Positions 9,387 through 17,605 of a stretch of 64,000 nt of DNA are shown here, piece by piece. A program made the translations under genes and the position numbers. The stretch's first letter is position 1; every line of letters starts with the position of its first letter. The notes below the pieces were generated by a model. The model was not told the DNA's origin and made no database searches. It saw only the letters and a program-made list of their open reading frames with translations. The stretch is taken from the NCBI GenBank assembly GCA_942490895.1, contig CALNZC010000046.1, positions 21,335-85,334 of the forward strand, read 5' to 3'. The stretch comes from an uncultured Saprospiraceae bacterium (GTDB taxonomy: Bacteria > Bacteroidota > Bacteroidia > Chitinophagales > Saprospiraceae).

Positions 9387-10596
9387 ATCCCCGGGGCTAG
9401 CCCCAGGATAAGACTCGCAAATCTGTTTGACAAAGTCCTCCAGCGAACCATGTAGGTGTCTCATTGTTGTACCTCGTTTTCCTTTCATCGAACCTTTCTG
9501 CTGCATCTCGGATATTGGAGAACAGCCATGCATCTAGGACATCCTCTCGGAATGTTCGGTTAAATCGTTCGATGTATCCATTCTGCACTGGTCTTCCTGG
9601 CTGGATATACTTGATCTCTATATGTCTCTGTTCACAATAGTCCTCGAAGACCTCTGATATGAAACCTCAGGGCCATTGACCACCCTGATTGTTTTTCGGT
9701 TTCCCATTCAGTTCAATGAAGCGCGTTCCAGATGTTCTACAACACTGCTCTGCAAGGGAGAGAAAAGCCTGGTTCAATAACCAGTGCTCCTCGATTGTGG
9801 TCATCAATGATATTCAACACTCTGAAGCGACGTCCACTCTCGAGTGAGTCACACATGAAATCCATAGACCACGTCTGGTTCATTTTCTGAGGTACTTGCA
9901 ATGGTACCTTTACTCGTGCTGGTATACGCCTTCTGCGCTTACGGCGCATGTGCAGCATCATCAATCGATAAACCCGAAGCACGCGCTTCCGATTCCATTT
10001 CAGGCCCTCTGAGCGGATATGTTTGTAATACTGGTCAAAGCCTCGTGTTGGATACCGATCCGCCAACTCATTAAGCTTGGCGATCAGCTCTCCATCATCC
10101 TTTTGGCTCTTGTAGTACCACATACTCCTGGAAAGCGATACAAGGCTACAGCTCCGTTTTTTACACTCACATCATACTCCTCCACCAGGTACTCGGCTCT
10201 ATCGCGCTTCTCAGAAGGCCCTAGAACTTTTTTGTCAGAATGTCTTTCAGCATCACGTTGTCCAAACTCAAATCAGCATACATCCGTTTGAGCTGGCTGT
10301 TCTCCTCTCTGAGCGCCTTAAGCTCTTTGAGTTGCTCGGCATCCATGCCCCCGTACTTCTTCTTCCAGTTGTAGAATGTTGCTGGGGGTGATTCCATGCT
10401 CGCGTGCGATGCTTTTCACATCCTTGCCCCCTTCGTACTCCTTGAGTATCGACACTATCCGGGCTTCGGTAAATCTGCTCTTCTTCATAGTTTGACAGGT
10501 CTAAGTTATTCAACTTTTGATCTGTCCTGTTTGGGGATGGTTTTTTGGGAAGGACAATAGACTTTCGACGCAAACTGTCCCCCCAGGTGTACCCCA
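9385..10596 (-). mobile_element. Degraded IS3-family insertion sequence (orfA/orfB both disrupted)
   Basis: orfA from the ATG at 10488: MKKSRFTEARIVSILKEYEGGKDVKSIAREHGI, then a frameshift, then ATFYNWKKKYGGMDAEQLKELKALREENSQLKRMYADLSLDNVMLKDIL. orfB: WYYKSQKDDGELIAKLNELADRYPTRGFDQYY...QTWSMDF...RFRVLNIIDDHNR, interrupted, then QNGYIERFNRTFREDVLDAWLF. The right end starts TGGGGTACACC at 10596. The left boundary is approximate. Confidence 0.8.
10227..10234 (-). promoter_or_regulatory. A-AAA-AAG slippery heptamer (IS3 programmed -1 frameshift site)
   Basis: The minus strand reads ACAAAAAAGTTCTAG at the orfA end and orfB overlap. This is the canonical IS3-family frameshift motif and position. 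Confidence 0.6.
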
Positions 10597-10597
10597 T

Positions 10598-10640
10598 AAA
10601 ACAAAAACCGTTGTAATCTATTGATTAACAACGGTTTATT
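10598..10640 (-). terminator. Rho-independent terminator of tRNA-Ser
   Basis: Minus strand: AAACCGTTGT-TAATCAATAGATT-ACAACGGTTT followed by TTGTTTT, 12 nt after the tRNA 3' end. Confidence 0.7.
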
Positions 10641-10651
10641 GATATAGGGTG

Positions 10652-10737
10652 CGGAGAAGGAGGATTCGAACCCCCGGTACCGTTGCCAGTACACCGCATT
10701 TCGAGTGCGGCCCATTCAACCACTCTGGCACTTCTCC
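10652..10737 (-). tRNA. tRNA-Ser (CGA), long variable arm, CCA not encoded
   Basis: Minus strand: GGAGAAG-TG-CCAGAGTGGTTGAATGG-GCCGCA-CTCGAAA-TGCGG-TGTACTGGCAACGGTACC-GGGGGTTCGAATCCTCC-TTCTCC-G. Acceptor is GGAGAAG/CTTCTCC and the anticodon is CGA. Confidence 0.95.
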
Positions 10738-10865
10738 TAGTGGGCGACAAATGTACTTCGCATTGCGGAGATTAAAAAGTAGAACACACTTAGGTCAAGC
10801 AGTCTCCATAGAGCAATCTCTGCCTCCATAACTCCTCAACCCCTAAACTCCATAACTCAACCTCC

Positions 10866-11312
10866 CTACCGCATCTGCTCCCGGGTATAGAAGATGAAAT
10901 CCGTATACGGCACCTCTGTCATGGGGCGAATCAACTGGGCGATCTGACCCCGGTGATAGGCACCGTGCAACAGCATGTGTTGCAAGATATCCGACTGGTT
11001 GCTCCGATAGGTCTCTCCTTCCGAATTTCGGTACTGCACGATCAGATTACCCTGCTTCTGGTTCAGGATCAAAGTCATATCCTCTCTGTTTCGATCCATC
11101 CAATACAGCCACTTGTCAGACGGAATCTCCTGCCACACCTCCAGCGGTGACTCCTCTTCCCTCATCCGACTGATCCAGATCCGTTGGGCATTCAGAATAT
11201 GTGCAGCCAGAATGGAGGCCTTTTCCGGAGCCTCTGGCGTCGCATTGATCAAGTCAAACAGCCGCTTGTTGGCCCAGTGGTCATAGTCAAAATGGTCTTT
11301 CAGATCAGTCAT
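10866..11312 (-). CDS. DinB-family (DinB/YfiT-like) protein
   Basis: 148 aa with DYDHWANKRLFDLI...HILNAQRIW...HGAYHRGQIAQLIR, matching the His-triad helical bundle pattern of the DinB superfamily. Confidence 0.85.
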   Translation of the reverse strand: MTDLKDHFDYDHWANKRLFDLINATPEAPEKASILAAHILNAQRIWISRMREEESPLEVWQEIPSDKWLYWMDRNREDMTLILNQKQGNLIVQYRNSEGETYRSNQSDILQHMLLHGAYHRGQIAQLIRPMTEVPYTDFIFYTREQMR

Positions 11313-11577
11313 GAACTTGCGTGTTGGTGTCTGAGAATCTCAAACGTAATCCTGACAGCGATGTTACAAAAGAATAGTCCAACGCTGCGTGGATTCTGTG
11401 GTATTCCACCTGCGCTGGCGGGACGAGTATTCATAAAATTGTCTGGGTATTGCACTCGGTGCCTTTTTTCAATTGAGGGTTCGTTAGTCCACCCCCGTCT
11501 TCATCCCCGACCTACCGGTCGTGGATGAATCCACCCCCGCCAGCGGGGGACATTGCCCTTCGCAATTCACTTCGTCT

Positions 11578-12246
11578 CTAAGTCTTCCCAGCAACCACCA
11601 CCACGATCTCTCCCCTCACTTTTTCCTGGGCACCATAATACTCGATCAGCTCTGCTAGTGTACCAGGCTTACTTTCCTCATGCAGCTTGCTGATCTCCCG
11701 ACACACAGTCGCCTGCCGGCCCGGATCACCAAACTCAGCCAACTCCTTGAGCAACCGCACCAGTCGATTCGGGCTTTCATAAACGGCAAAGGTGAACGGA
11801 TGCTCGACCAGCCACTTGATCCGGGTCTGGCGACCTTTTTTATGGGGCAGAAAGCCTTCAAAATGAAACCGGTCACAAGGCAGGCCAGAATGAACCAATG
11901 CCGGGATTAAGGCCGTCGCCCCGGGTAAACAAGTCACCTCTACTTCTGCCGCATGGCATGCCCGGATCAACAAATAGCCGGCATCAGAAATACCCGGCGT
12001 CCCCGCATCCGATATGATCGCCAGATCCCGACCAGTTTGTAACTCCTGAACCAATGCCTCCACTGCCCGATGCTCATTATGAGCATGGTAAGGGCGTAAT
12101 GGGGTGGATATATCATAATGGTCAAGCAGCCGTCGACTCACCCGTGTGTCTTCCGCAAGGATGGCTTCCACCTCTTTCAGTATTCGGATCCCTCGCAAGG
12201 TCATGTCCTCCAGATTACCCACTGGTGTGGGAACCACATACAACAT
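11578..12246 (-). CDS. rsmI: 16S rRNA (cytidine1402-2'-O)-methyltransferase
   Basis: MLYVVPTPVGNLEDMTLRGIRILKEV...AEDTR...ISDAGTPGISDAGYLL...LPGATA...FEGFLP. Full-length RsmI motifs. Confidence 0.92.
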   Translation of the reverse strand: MLYVVPTPVGNLEDMTLRGIRILKEVEAILAEDTRVSRRLLDHYDISTPLRPYHAHNEHRAVEALVQELQTGRDLAIISDAGTPGISDAGYLLIRACHAAEVEVTCLPGATALIPALVHSGLPCDRFHFEGFLPHKKGRQTRIKWLVEHPFTFAVYESPNRLVRLLKELAEFGDPGRQATVCREISKLHEESKPGTLAELIEYYGAQEKVRGEIVVVVAGKT

Positions 12247-12526
12247 CAGGAAGTCTTCTGAGGTGAGTTAATCAATTCGCTGGTCTGTATGTTAAACACA
12301 GAATACTGCCCCCGTCCTGATGCCCGCTTTTTCCCTGGACAAGGGATCTCTTGCTTCTTGGCAACGATTTTCATGATCAGGGGGTCTTCTTCTTAGCTTA
12401 AAGATAGTGGGAAGCAGGTGTTCTGTCAGTTTTCCGACAAAAATTGAAGGAATTCTCCACCTGCATAACCCAAGCGGCATTCCCAACGTTATGTCCTTTA
12501 TCTTCGTCTTTGTCAGGTAAACCGAT

Positions 12527-15500
12527 ATGTTTCGAATTCTATTTCTATTCTTTTCCTTCCTCATCACCTGGTCAAGCCTCTATGCCCAGCCGGCCAATGA
12601 TGATTGCTTGAATGCCATCTTCATCCCGGATGTCACTAACTGGTGCTCCGGGTACGAGGCCTATACCAGTATCGGAGCAACCCCATCCGGGTATGGCGCG
12701 CCAACATGCGCAGCAGGCGCCCTTGAAGATGTCTGGTTCACTTTTGTGGCCCAGGCCACAGATGTCACCATCGTAGTCAACGGAAAAACAGGAGCAGGAA
12801 GTGGCGGTTCCCTGATGCTTCCCATCGTCGTCCTGTATTCAGGGACATGCGGCGGTACGATCAATGAACTGGAATGCGGCCAAAACAATTCGAACCACAT
12901 TATCGAAATCTATAAAGGAGGCCTGGTCATCGGAGAAACCTACTATATCCGAGCCATGGGCTTTTTGCCGGGCGGGGGTACATTCGAACTCTGCATCAAC
13001 AATTACAACGCGCCGGTCATACCTACATCCGATTGCCCACTCGCCTCAATTCTTTGCGACAAGTCCTCTTTTGTCGTCCAATCAGTCACCGGTGCAGGTC
13101 AGGATATTACAGAGTTAGATGATGCCACCTGTTTCAACAACGGTGTGCCCACGGTTAATAATGAAAGCAACTCCACCTGGTTCACCTGGATCTGTGACCA
13201 GGCCGGTCCTCTGGAATTTACACTTACCCCCAACAATCCAGTAGACGATCTGGATTTTGTACTCTACGAGCTTCCCAACGGGATCGCTGACTGCAGCAAT
13301 AAGCAGGTGCTTCGCTGCATGGCTTCGGGTGACTTTATCTTTCCCAGCAAATGCATGGGCCCCACTGGTTTGAAAGCTGGTGAAACAGATGTCGACGAAC
13401 CGGCCGGATGTGCCAATGCCAATCAATCCAACTTCCTGGCTCCCTTGCAAATGGAGGCCGGAAAAACCTATGCCCTGGGCATCAATAACTTTACCTCTAC
13501 GGGTAATGGTTTTTCAATAGAATGGGGCGGAACGGGCACCTTCCGTGGTCCAGAAGCCGCCTTTGTCACCCTCCCTTCCAAACCCAGCTATTGCATTGGC
13601 GAACCCATTCAGTTTCAGGATGCATCCACCTTCGAATTAGGGCAGATCGTCAGTTGGACATGGTTCTTCGGATTGGGCTCCTCTCCATCAACTGCCTCTG
13701 GTCCCGGATGGCCCGTTCAACATGAAGTGACCTATAGTACTGCTGGGACCAAGTCCATCGCTCTGGTCATCGAGACCAACCTGGGATGTATTATCACCAC
13801 CGTCCAGACTGTCAACATCGGTGTCTGTTGTGATGATTACAATGCCATGACGGTCACTGAAAATCTAACCCATCTCGCCTGTTTTGGCGACAGTGATGGT
13901 GCCATTGATCTGAATGTGACCAGTGTGACCTCCACAGCATATCAGTGGACGACAGGCCAGATCCTCGAGGATATCACTAGCCTCGCTGCCGGCCTCTATA
14001 CCGTCACAATCACTAATGAAGCGACCTGCGACACAGTGCTCACCTATGAGATCACCAGCCCTCCTCTCATCGAAGGGAATCCGCTGATCACCAAGCCTAC
14101 TTGTGATGGTGGCCAGGACGGAGCTATTTTGATGCAAACCACTGGAGGAGTAGCCCCCTATCTATACGACTGGCAGGACGGGAATGGATTTGTCACTAGC
14201 AATTCCTTAAATAACATTCCTGTCGGTCTGTACTTCGTTACCATCCAGGATGCTAATGATTGCGATGTGACTATTGCCATAGATGTTCGCGAATTGGAGC
14301 TCCTGCTCAATCCAGCTATTCAGGCGGTGGTAGAGCCTTCCTGTTTCGGATTCAGTGACGGTGAGATCACCCTCCAAATCATCAATGGCCTTCCACCTTA
14401 TGAATACAATTTCAACAACACCGGCTGGACCAATACAAACACCTTTACTGGACTTTCTGCCACTACCTACACGGTAGAAGTTCGTGACGCAAACAACTGT
14501 CTGGGTTACTTCGTCTTTGATATGGGCGAACCAGACCCCTTAGTACTGGATGTGTCAGGAACAGATATTTCCTGCTTTGGGGCAGATGATGGACAGACCC
14601 AGGCAACCGTCTCTGGTGGAACTGAACCCTACAGCTTTCTCTGGAGCGATGGCCAGACCAATGATATTGCGACTGACTTGCCTCCCGGTCCCTATACCGT
14701 GACGGTCACGGATGACCATGGTTGCACGATTGTCAATGGGACGACCCTGATCCAACCACCACAGCTCTTCCTGGACCTAATCGACGTCATCGATGTACGT
14801 TGTTTTGGAGAAGCCAATGGCAGTCTGACCGTTGCCGGTGTCGGAGGCACTCCTGATTATCTGTACAGCGTGGATGGCGGCCCATTCCAGGATACCCCAC
14901 TTTTCGAAAACCTGAAAGCGGGCGACTATTCGGTATCCGTCATGGATGAACAAGGGTGTATAACGACCATCATCGTTACCGTCAATCAACCACCTCCACT
15001 TTTGGTAGATGCCGGAGCAGATGTCACCATTGACCTGGGGTACACCACTCCACTCTCCTCAACCGTCAGCCCACCATTTACTCCTGTATCCACGCTCTGG
15101 AGCCCGGTTGATTCCCTGACCTGTGCCACCTGTCCGGACATTGAAGTAGGACCTGTGAATACAACGACGTTTACAGTCACTGTTGTCGACTCCGCCGGTT
15201 GTATCGCCAGCGATTTTGTAACAGTCGTAGTGAACAAGATTCGGAATATCTACATTCCGAATGCATTTTCTCCGGACGGAAATGGCATTAATGATGTGTT
15301 TACGATCTACGGAGGAATTGCCGCTGAATCTGTACTTGTCTTCCGGATTTACAACAGATGGGGAGGCCTGATCTACGAGGGCACAAACTTCCCTTTAAAT
15401 AGTGAAAGTGATGGATGGAATGGAGTGTATAAGGGAGAATATCTCAATCCGGATGTTTTCGCGTTCTATGCCCTGATCCGGTTTATTGACGATGAGGAAA

Positions 15501-15535
15501 TTATCTACAAGGGCGATATTCAAATCACCCGGTGA
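12527..15535 (+). CDS. Large secreted adhesin-like protein: PKD-like domain, multiple SprB-type repeats, T9SS type B (gliding-motility) C-terminal sorting domain
   Basis: Signal peptide MFRILFLFFSFLITWSSLYAQ. Repeated CFG(D/A)SDG.I...GG..PY.Y.W modules. C-terminus IYIPNAFSPDGNGINDVFTIYGG...RIYNRWGGLIYEG...WNGVYKGEYLNPDVFAFY...KGDIQITR. Confidence 0.85.
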   Translation: MFRILFLFFSFLITWSSLYAQPANDDCLNAIFIPDVTNWCSGYEAYTSIGATPSGYGAPTCAAGALEDVWFTFVAQATDVTIVVNGKTGAGSGGSLMLPIVVLYSGTCGGTINELECGQNNSNHIIEIYKGGLVIGETYYIRAMGFLPGGGTFELCINNYNAPVIPTSDCPLASILCDKSSFVVQSVTGAGQDITELDDATCFNNGVPTVNNESNSTWFTWICDQAGPLEFTLTPNNPVDDLDFVLYELPNGIADCSNKQVLRCMASGDFIFPSKCMGPTGLKAGETDVDEPAGCANANQSNFLAPLQMEAGKTYALGINNFTSTGNGFSIEWGGTGTFRGPEAAFVTLPSKPSYCIGEPIQFQDASTFELGQIVSWTWFFGLGSSPSTASGPGWPVQHEVTYSTAGTKSIALVIETNLGCIITTVQTVNIGVCCDDYNAMTVTENLTHLACFGDSDGAIDLNVTSVTSTAYQWTTGQILEDITSLAAGLYTVTITNEATCDTVLTYEITSPPLIEGNPLITKPTCDGGQDGAILMQTTGGVAPYLYDWQDGNGFVTSNSLNNIPVGLYFVTIQDANDCDVTIAIDVRELELLLNPAIQAVVEPSCFGFSDGEITLQIINGLPPYEYNFNNTGWTNTNTFTGLSATTYTVEVRDANNCLGYFVFDMGEPDPLVLDVSGTDISCFGADDGQTQATVSGGTEPYSFLWSDGQTNDIATDLPPGPYTVTVTDDHGCTIVNGTTLIQPPQLFLDLIDVIDVRCFGEANGSLTVAGVGGTPDYLYSVDGGPFQDTPLFENLKAGDYSVSVMDEQGCITTIIVTVNQPPPLLVDAGADVTIDLGYTTPLSSTVSPPFTPVSTLWSPVDSLTCATCPDIEVGPVNTTTFTVTVVDSAGCIASDFVTVVVNKIRNIYIPNAFSPDGNGINDVFTIYGGIAAESVLVFRIYNRWGGLIYEGTNFPLNSESDGWNGVYKGEYLNPDVFAFYALIRFIDDEEIIYKGDIQITR

Positions 15536-16991
15536 TCTTTTTGATCCTGTCTTTTACAACCTGACGCTCTTTTTTCATTTCCAGAATAGTTGGGGGTGCC
15601 GCTCGATCTGCACAATCCGAAATTTGACAACGTTCACACGTAAGGTTGATCTCCTGATGCGGAATGGAGGGCTCATCTGAAAAATGAAAGAATTTTTTTG
15701 CGGATTTATCCAATCGCACACCGATCATCACTCCAGTCAATTCGCCAGGCCGAAAAGAAGATGCTCTGGCTATACCCAAACAAAGAAATGTTTCACCTGA
15801 ACGATGAAAGGTAGCCTTCATAATACCCGTTGCCGGATCGGAATGACCACTCGAAGTCACTTTTTGAATTAACTGACTGGATAACCACCGTCGACAATAC
15901 TGTTCGTCCAGACGGCCGGCATACCGACGCCCTTCTCGATGTAAATGCAACTCCTTATCCAATCGATAATGATCCTTTTCAGGGCTATAGACCATCCGGT
16001 GAAAAAACACCTGGTCTAAACCCCAGTGGGCGGTGATCACATTAAATCGTTGGAAAAGCACATCAGGGCTCACCCCGTATTCCTCCAACCAGTGGAGGAG
16101 ATCGGCACTGGAAAAAGTAGTTCCCGAAAATGCTTGTTCCAAGCGTCGAAGAAATGAGTGTTCTTCGATCATGAAAGCAACTGCAAAATAACCCGCTTTG
16201 AAATTATTCAGGACCTGCTGAAAGGAGGTCACAGATTGAGGAGTAGACGCCAGTGGACGTGGTTCCAGTTGTAAATAATGAAATCCGATCTCCTTAGAAA
16301 TTTGAAATGCCGTCTGCTCCTGAGACATCCTGGCATTCAAATAAAGGGTTTTTCCTTTGGGGGCATAAACAGATCGTAAAGAAGTCAATTCCGGGTAGGC
16401 ATTCAATCCATCTGGTTCGATCCGAACACCATATCCATTGATCAGGACACGCTTGAGTAGTGAGGGATCCAAAGGGCCAGTAGCATCCAATTCAAATTGT
16501 GCTCGACATGCTCTTGCGGCATCTTCCAAATCGGGAAAGTAGTTATTATTCAGTTCCTGATAGGCCCTCATGGCGGTCAGATAGAAGTTGTCTTCTCCTA
16601 GAGCATGGTTTTGTGCCAGCTCCACCAGAGTTGAGACAAAGGCGTTGATCTGCAAGGGCGCCCCGGCGAGTAGGTCCAACACTCGACTGATGTCGATGCC
16701 GAACATATCCAGGGGTAATTCATTGAGAAAATTGGATTTCAGGAGAGCCGCCACCGGTGCCAGGTGAGGCCCCGGGTCATCACTGGACAACCATTTTGCT
16801 GAAACGGCTAGAGTATCCGCCAGTTTTTGGAGTTTTTCCGGACGTGGGGTTTTTTTCCCTTTTTCGATCTCATTGAGATAGGATACCGACAATCCTGTCT
16901 GCACTGACAGATCCGCAAAGGATAGTCCTTTCTCCTGGCGAAGTTGTCGAATTTTTAACCCGAGTAGGATACGATCAGATAGTGAAGCCAC
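15525..16991 (-). CDS. XRE-family regulator of the ScfR/RamB/PrpR type (HTH + degenerate M78/ImmA-like domain + DUF2083-like Cys motif)
   Basis: GTG start. HTH LKIRQLRQEKGLSFADLSVQTGLSVSYLNEIEKGKK. Central FQISKEIGFHYL (degenerate HExxH). C-terminal CERCQISDCADRAAPP. The stop overlaps the convergent 12527..15535 gene by 11 nt. Confidence 0.75.
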   Translation of the reverse strand: MASLSDRILLGLKIRQLRQEKGLSFADLSVQTGLSVSYLNEIEKGKKTPRPEKLQKLADTLAVSAKWLSSDDPGPHLAPVAALLKSNFLNELPLDMFGIDISRVLDLLAGAPLQINAFVSTLVELAQNHALGEDNFYLTAMRAYQELNNNYFPDLEDAARACRAQFELDATGPLDPSLLKRVLINGYGVRIEPDGLNAYPELTSLRSVYAPKGKTLYLNARMSQEQTAFQISKEIGFHYLQLEPRPLASTPQSVTSFQQVLNNFKAGYFAVAFMIEEHSFLRRLEQAFSGTTFSSADLLHWLEEYGVSPDVLFQRFNVITAHWGLDQVFFHRMVYSPEKDHYRLDKELHLHREGRRYAGRLDEQYCRRWLSSQLIQKVTSSGHSDPATGIMKATFHRSGETFLCLGIARASSFRPGELTGVMIGVRLDKSAKKFFHFSDEPSIPHQEINLTCERCQISDCADRAAPPTILEMKKERQVVKDRIKKITG

Positions 16992-17065
16992 GTGGTGAAG
17001 ATACGATAATAGACCACGAATGTGTGAGGTTGGTTTACCCTGTTGGCAGTCTGGACTGGACTATA

Positions 17066-17533
17066 CTAAGGTTCCAATTCAGCATCAAATAAATAAACCT
17101 CATCAAACTGAATTTCTGACATTTGTAACAAATCGATATACTCTTTCCGGAATGATTTTTCTTTGTGATGGATCTTTTGTAATTGAATATACTGTGCAAC
17201 TGTGTTCACCTGCGTATGCCCGACAGAAAAACCTCCAAAGCCCTCCTGCCAGGAGAAGTACCCTCTTAATAATTTGTTTTCATTAATAAATTTAGAAGTA
17301 GAACTCTTCAAATCGCGAACCAGGTCAGATAACGAAATATTCGGTTTGTAACCTATCAGCAAGTGCACGTGATTTGGAATGCCATTGATCGCCAATAGAA
17401 TATGACCTTTTTCTTTGATGACACCTGTCATATATTTATACACTCGCTCCTCAATCTCCGGAATGAGATACCCTTCCCGCCCTTTCGGAGAAAAGACGAT
17501 ATGCGCATATAATTTTGTAAATGTGTTTGCCAT
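17066..17533 (-). CDS. Y1 HUH transposase, IS200-like / REP-associated tyrosine transposase (RAYT-like)
   Basis: 155 aa: YAHIVFSPKGRE, HUH motif NHVHLLIGY, WQEGFGGFSV, and catalytic Tyr region VAQYIQLQKIHH. No tnpB or partner ORF. It looks AT-richer than its neighbours by eye. Confidence 0.85.
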   Translation of the reverse strand: MANTFTKLYAHIVFSPKGREGYLIPEIEERVYKYMTGVIKEKGHILLAINGIPNHVHLLIGYKPNISLSDLVRDLKSSTSKFINENKLLRGYFSWQEGFGGFSVGHTQVNTVAQYIQLQKIHHKEKSFRKEYIDLLQMSEIQFDEVYLFDAELEP

Positions 17534-17605
17534 TTCATCAGTTTACAATTGTAAAATATCCAAAAGGAAATGAATCATCAAATATATTGCAATCATTTTA
17601 TGATT

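Noticed and set aside
9380-9420. Attempt to define the left inverted repeat of the IS3 element
   Set aside because: No sequence matching the right terminus (TGGGGTACACCTGGGGGGACAG) in inverted orientation could be found by eye. The left boundary is therefore reported only approximately.
12292-12567. 91-aa minus-strand ORF in the rsmI / T9SS-protein divergent region
   Set aside because: It overlaps the start of the 1002-aa gene and the promoter region, and has basic, low-complexity composition. It is probably spurious.
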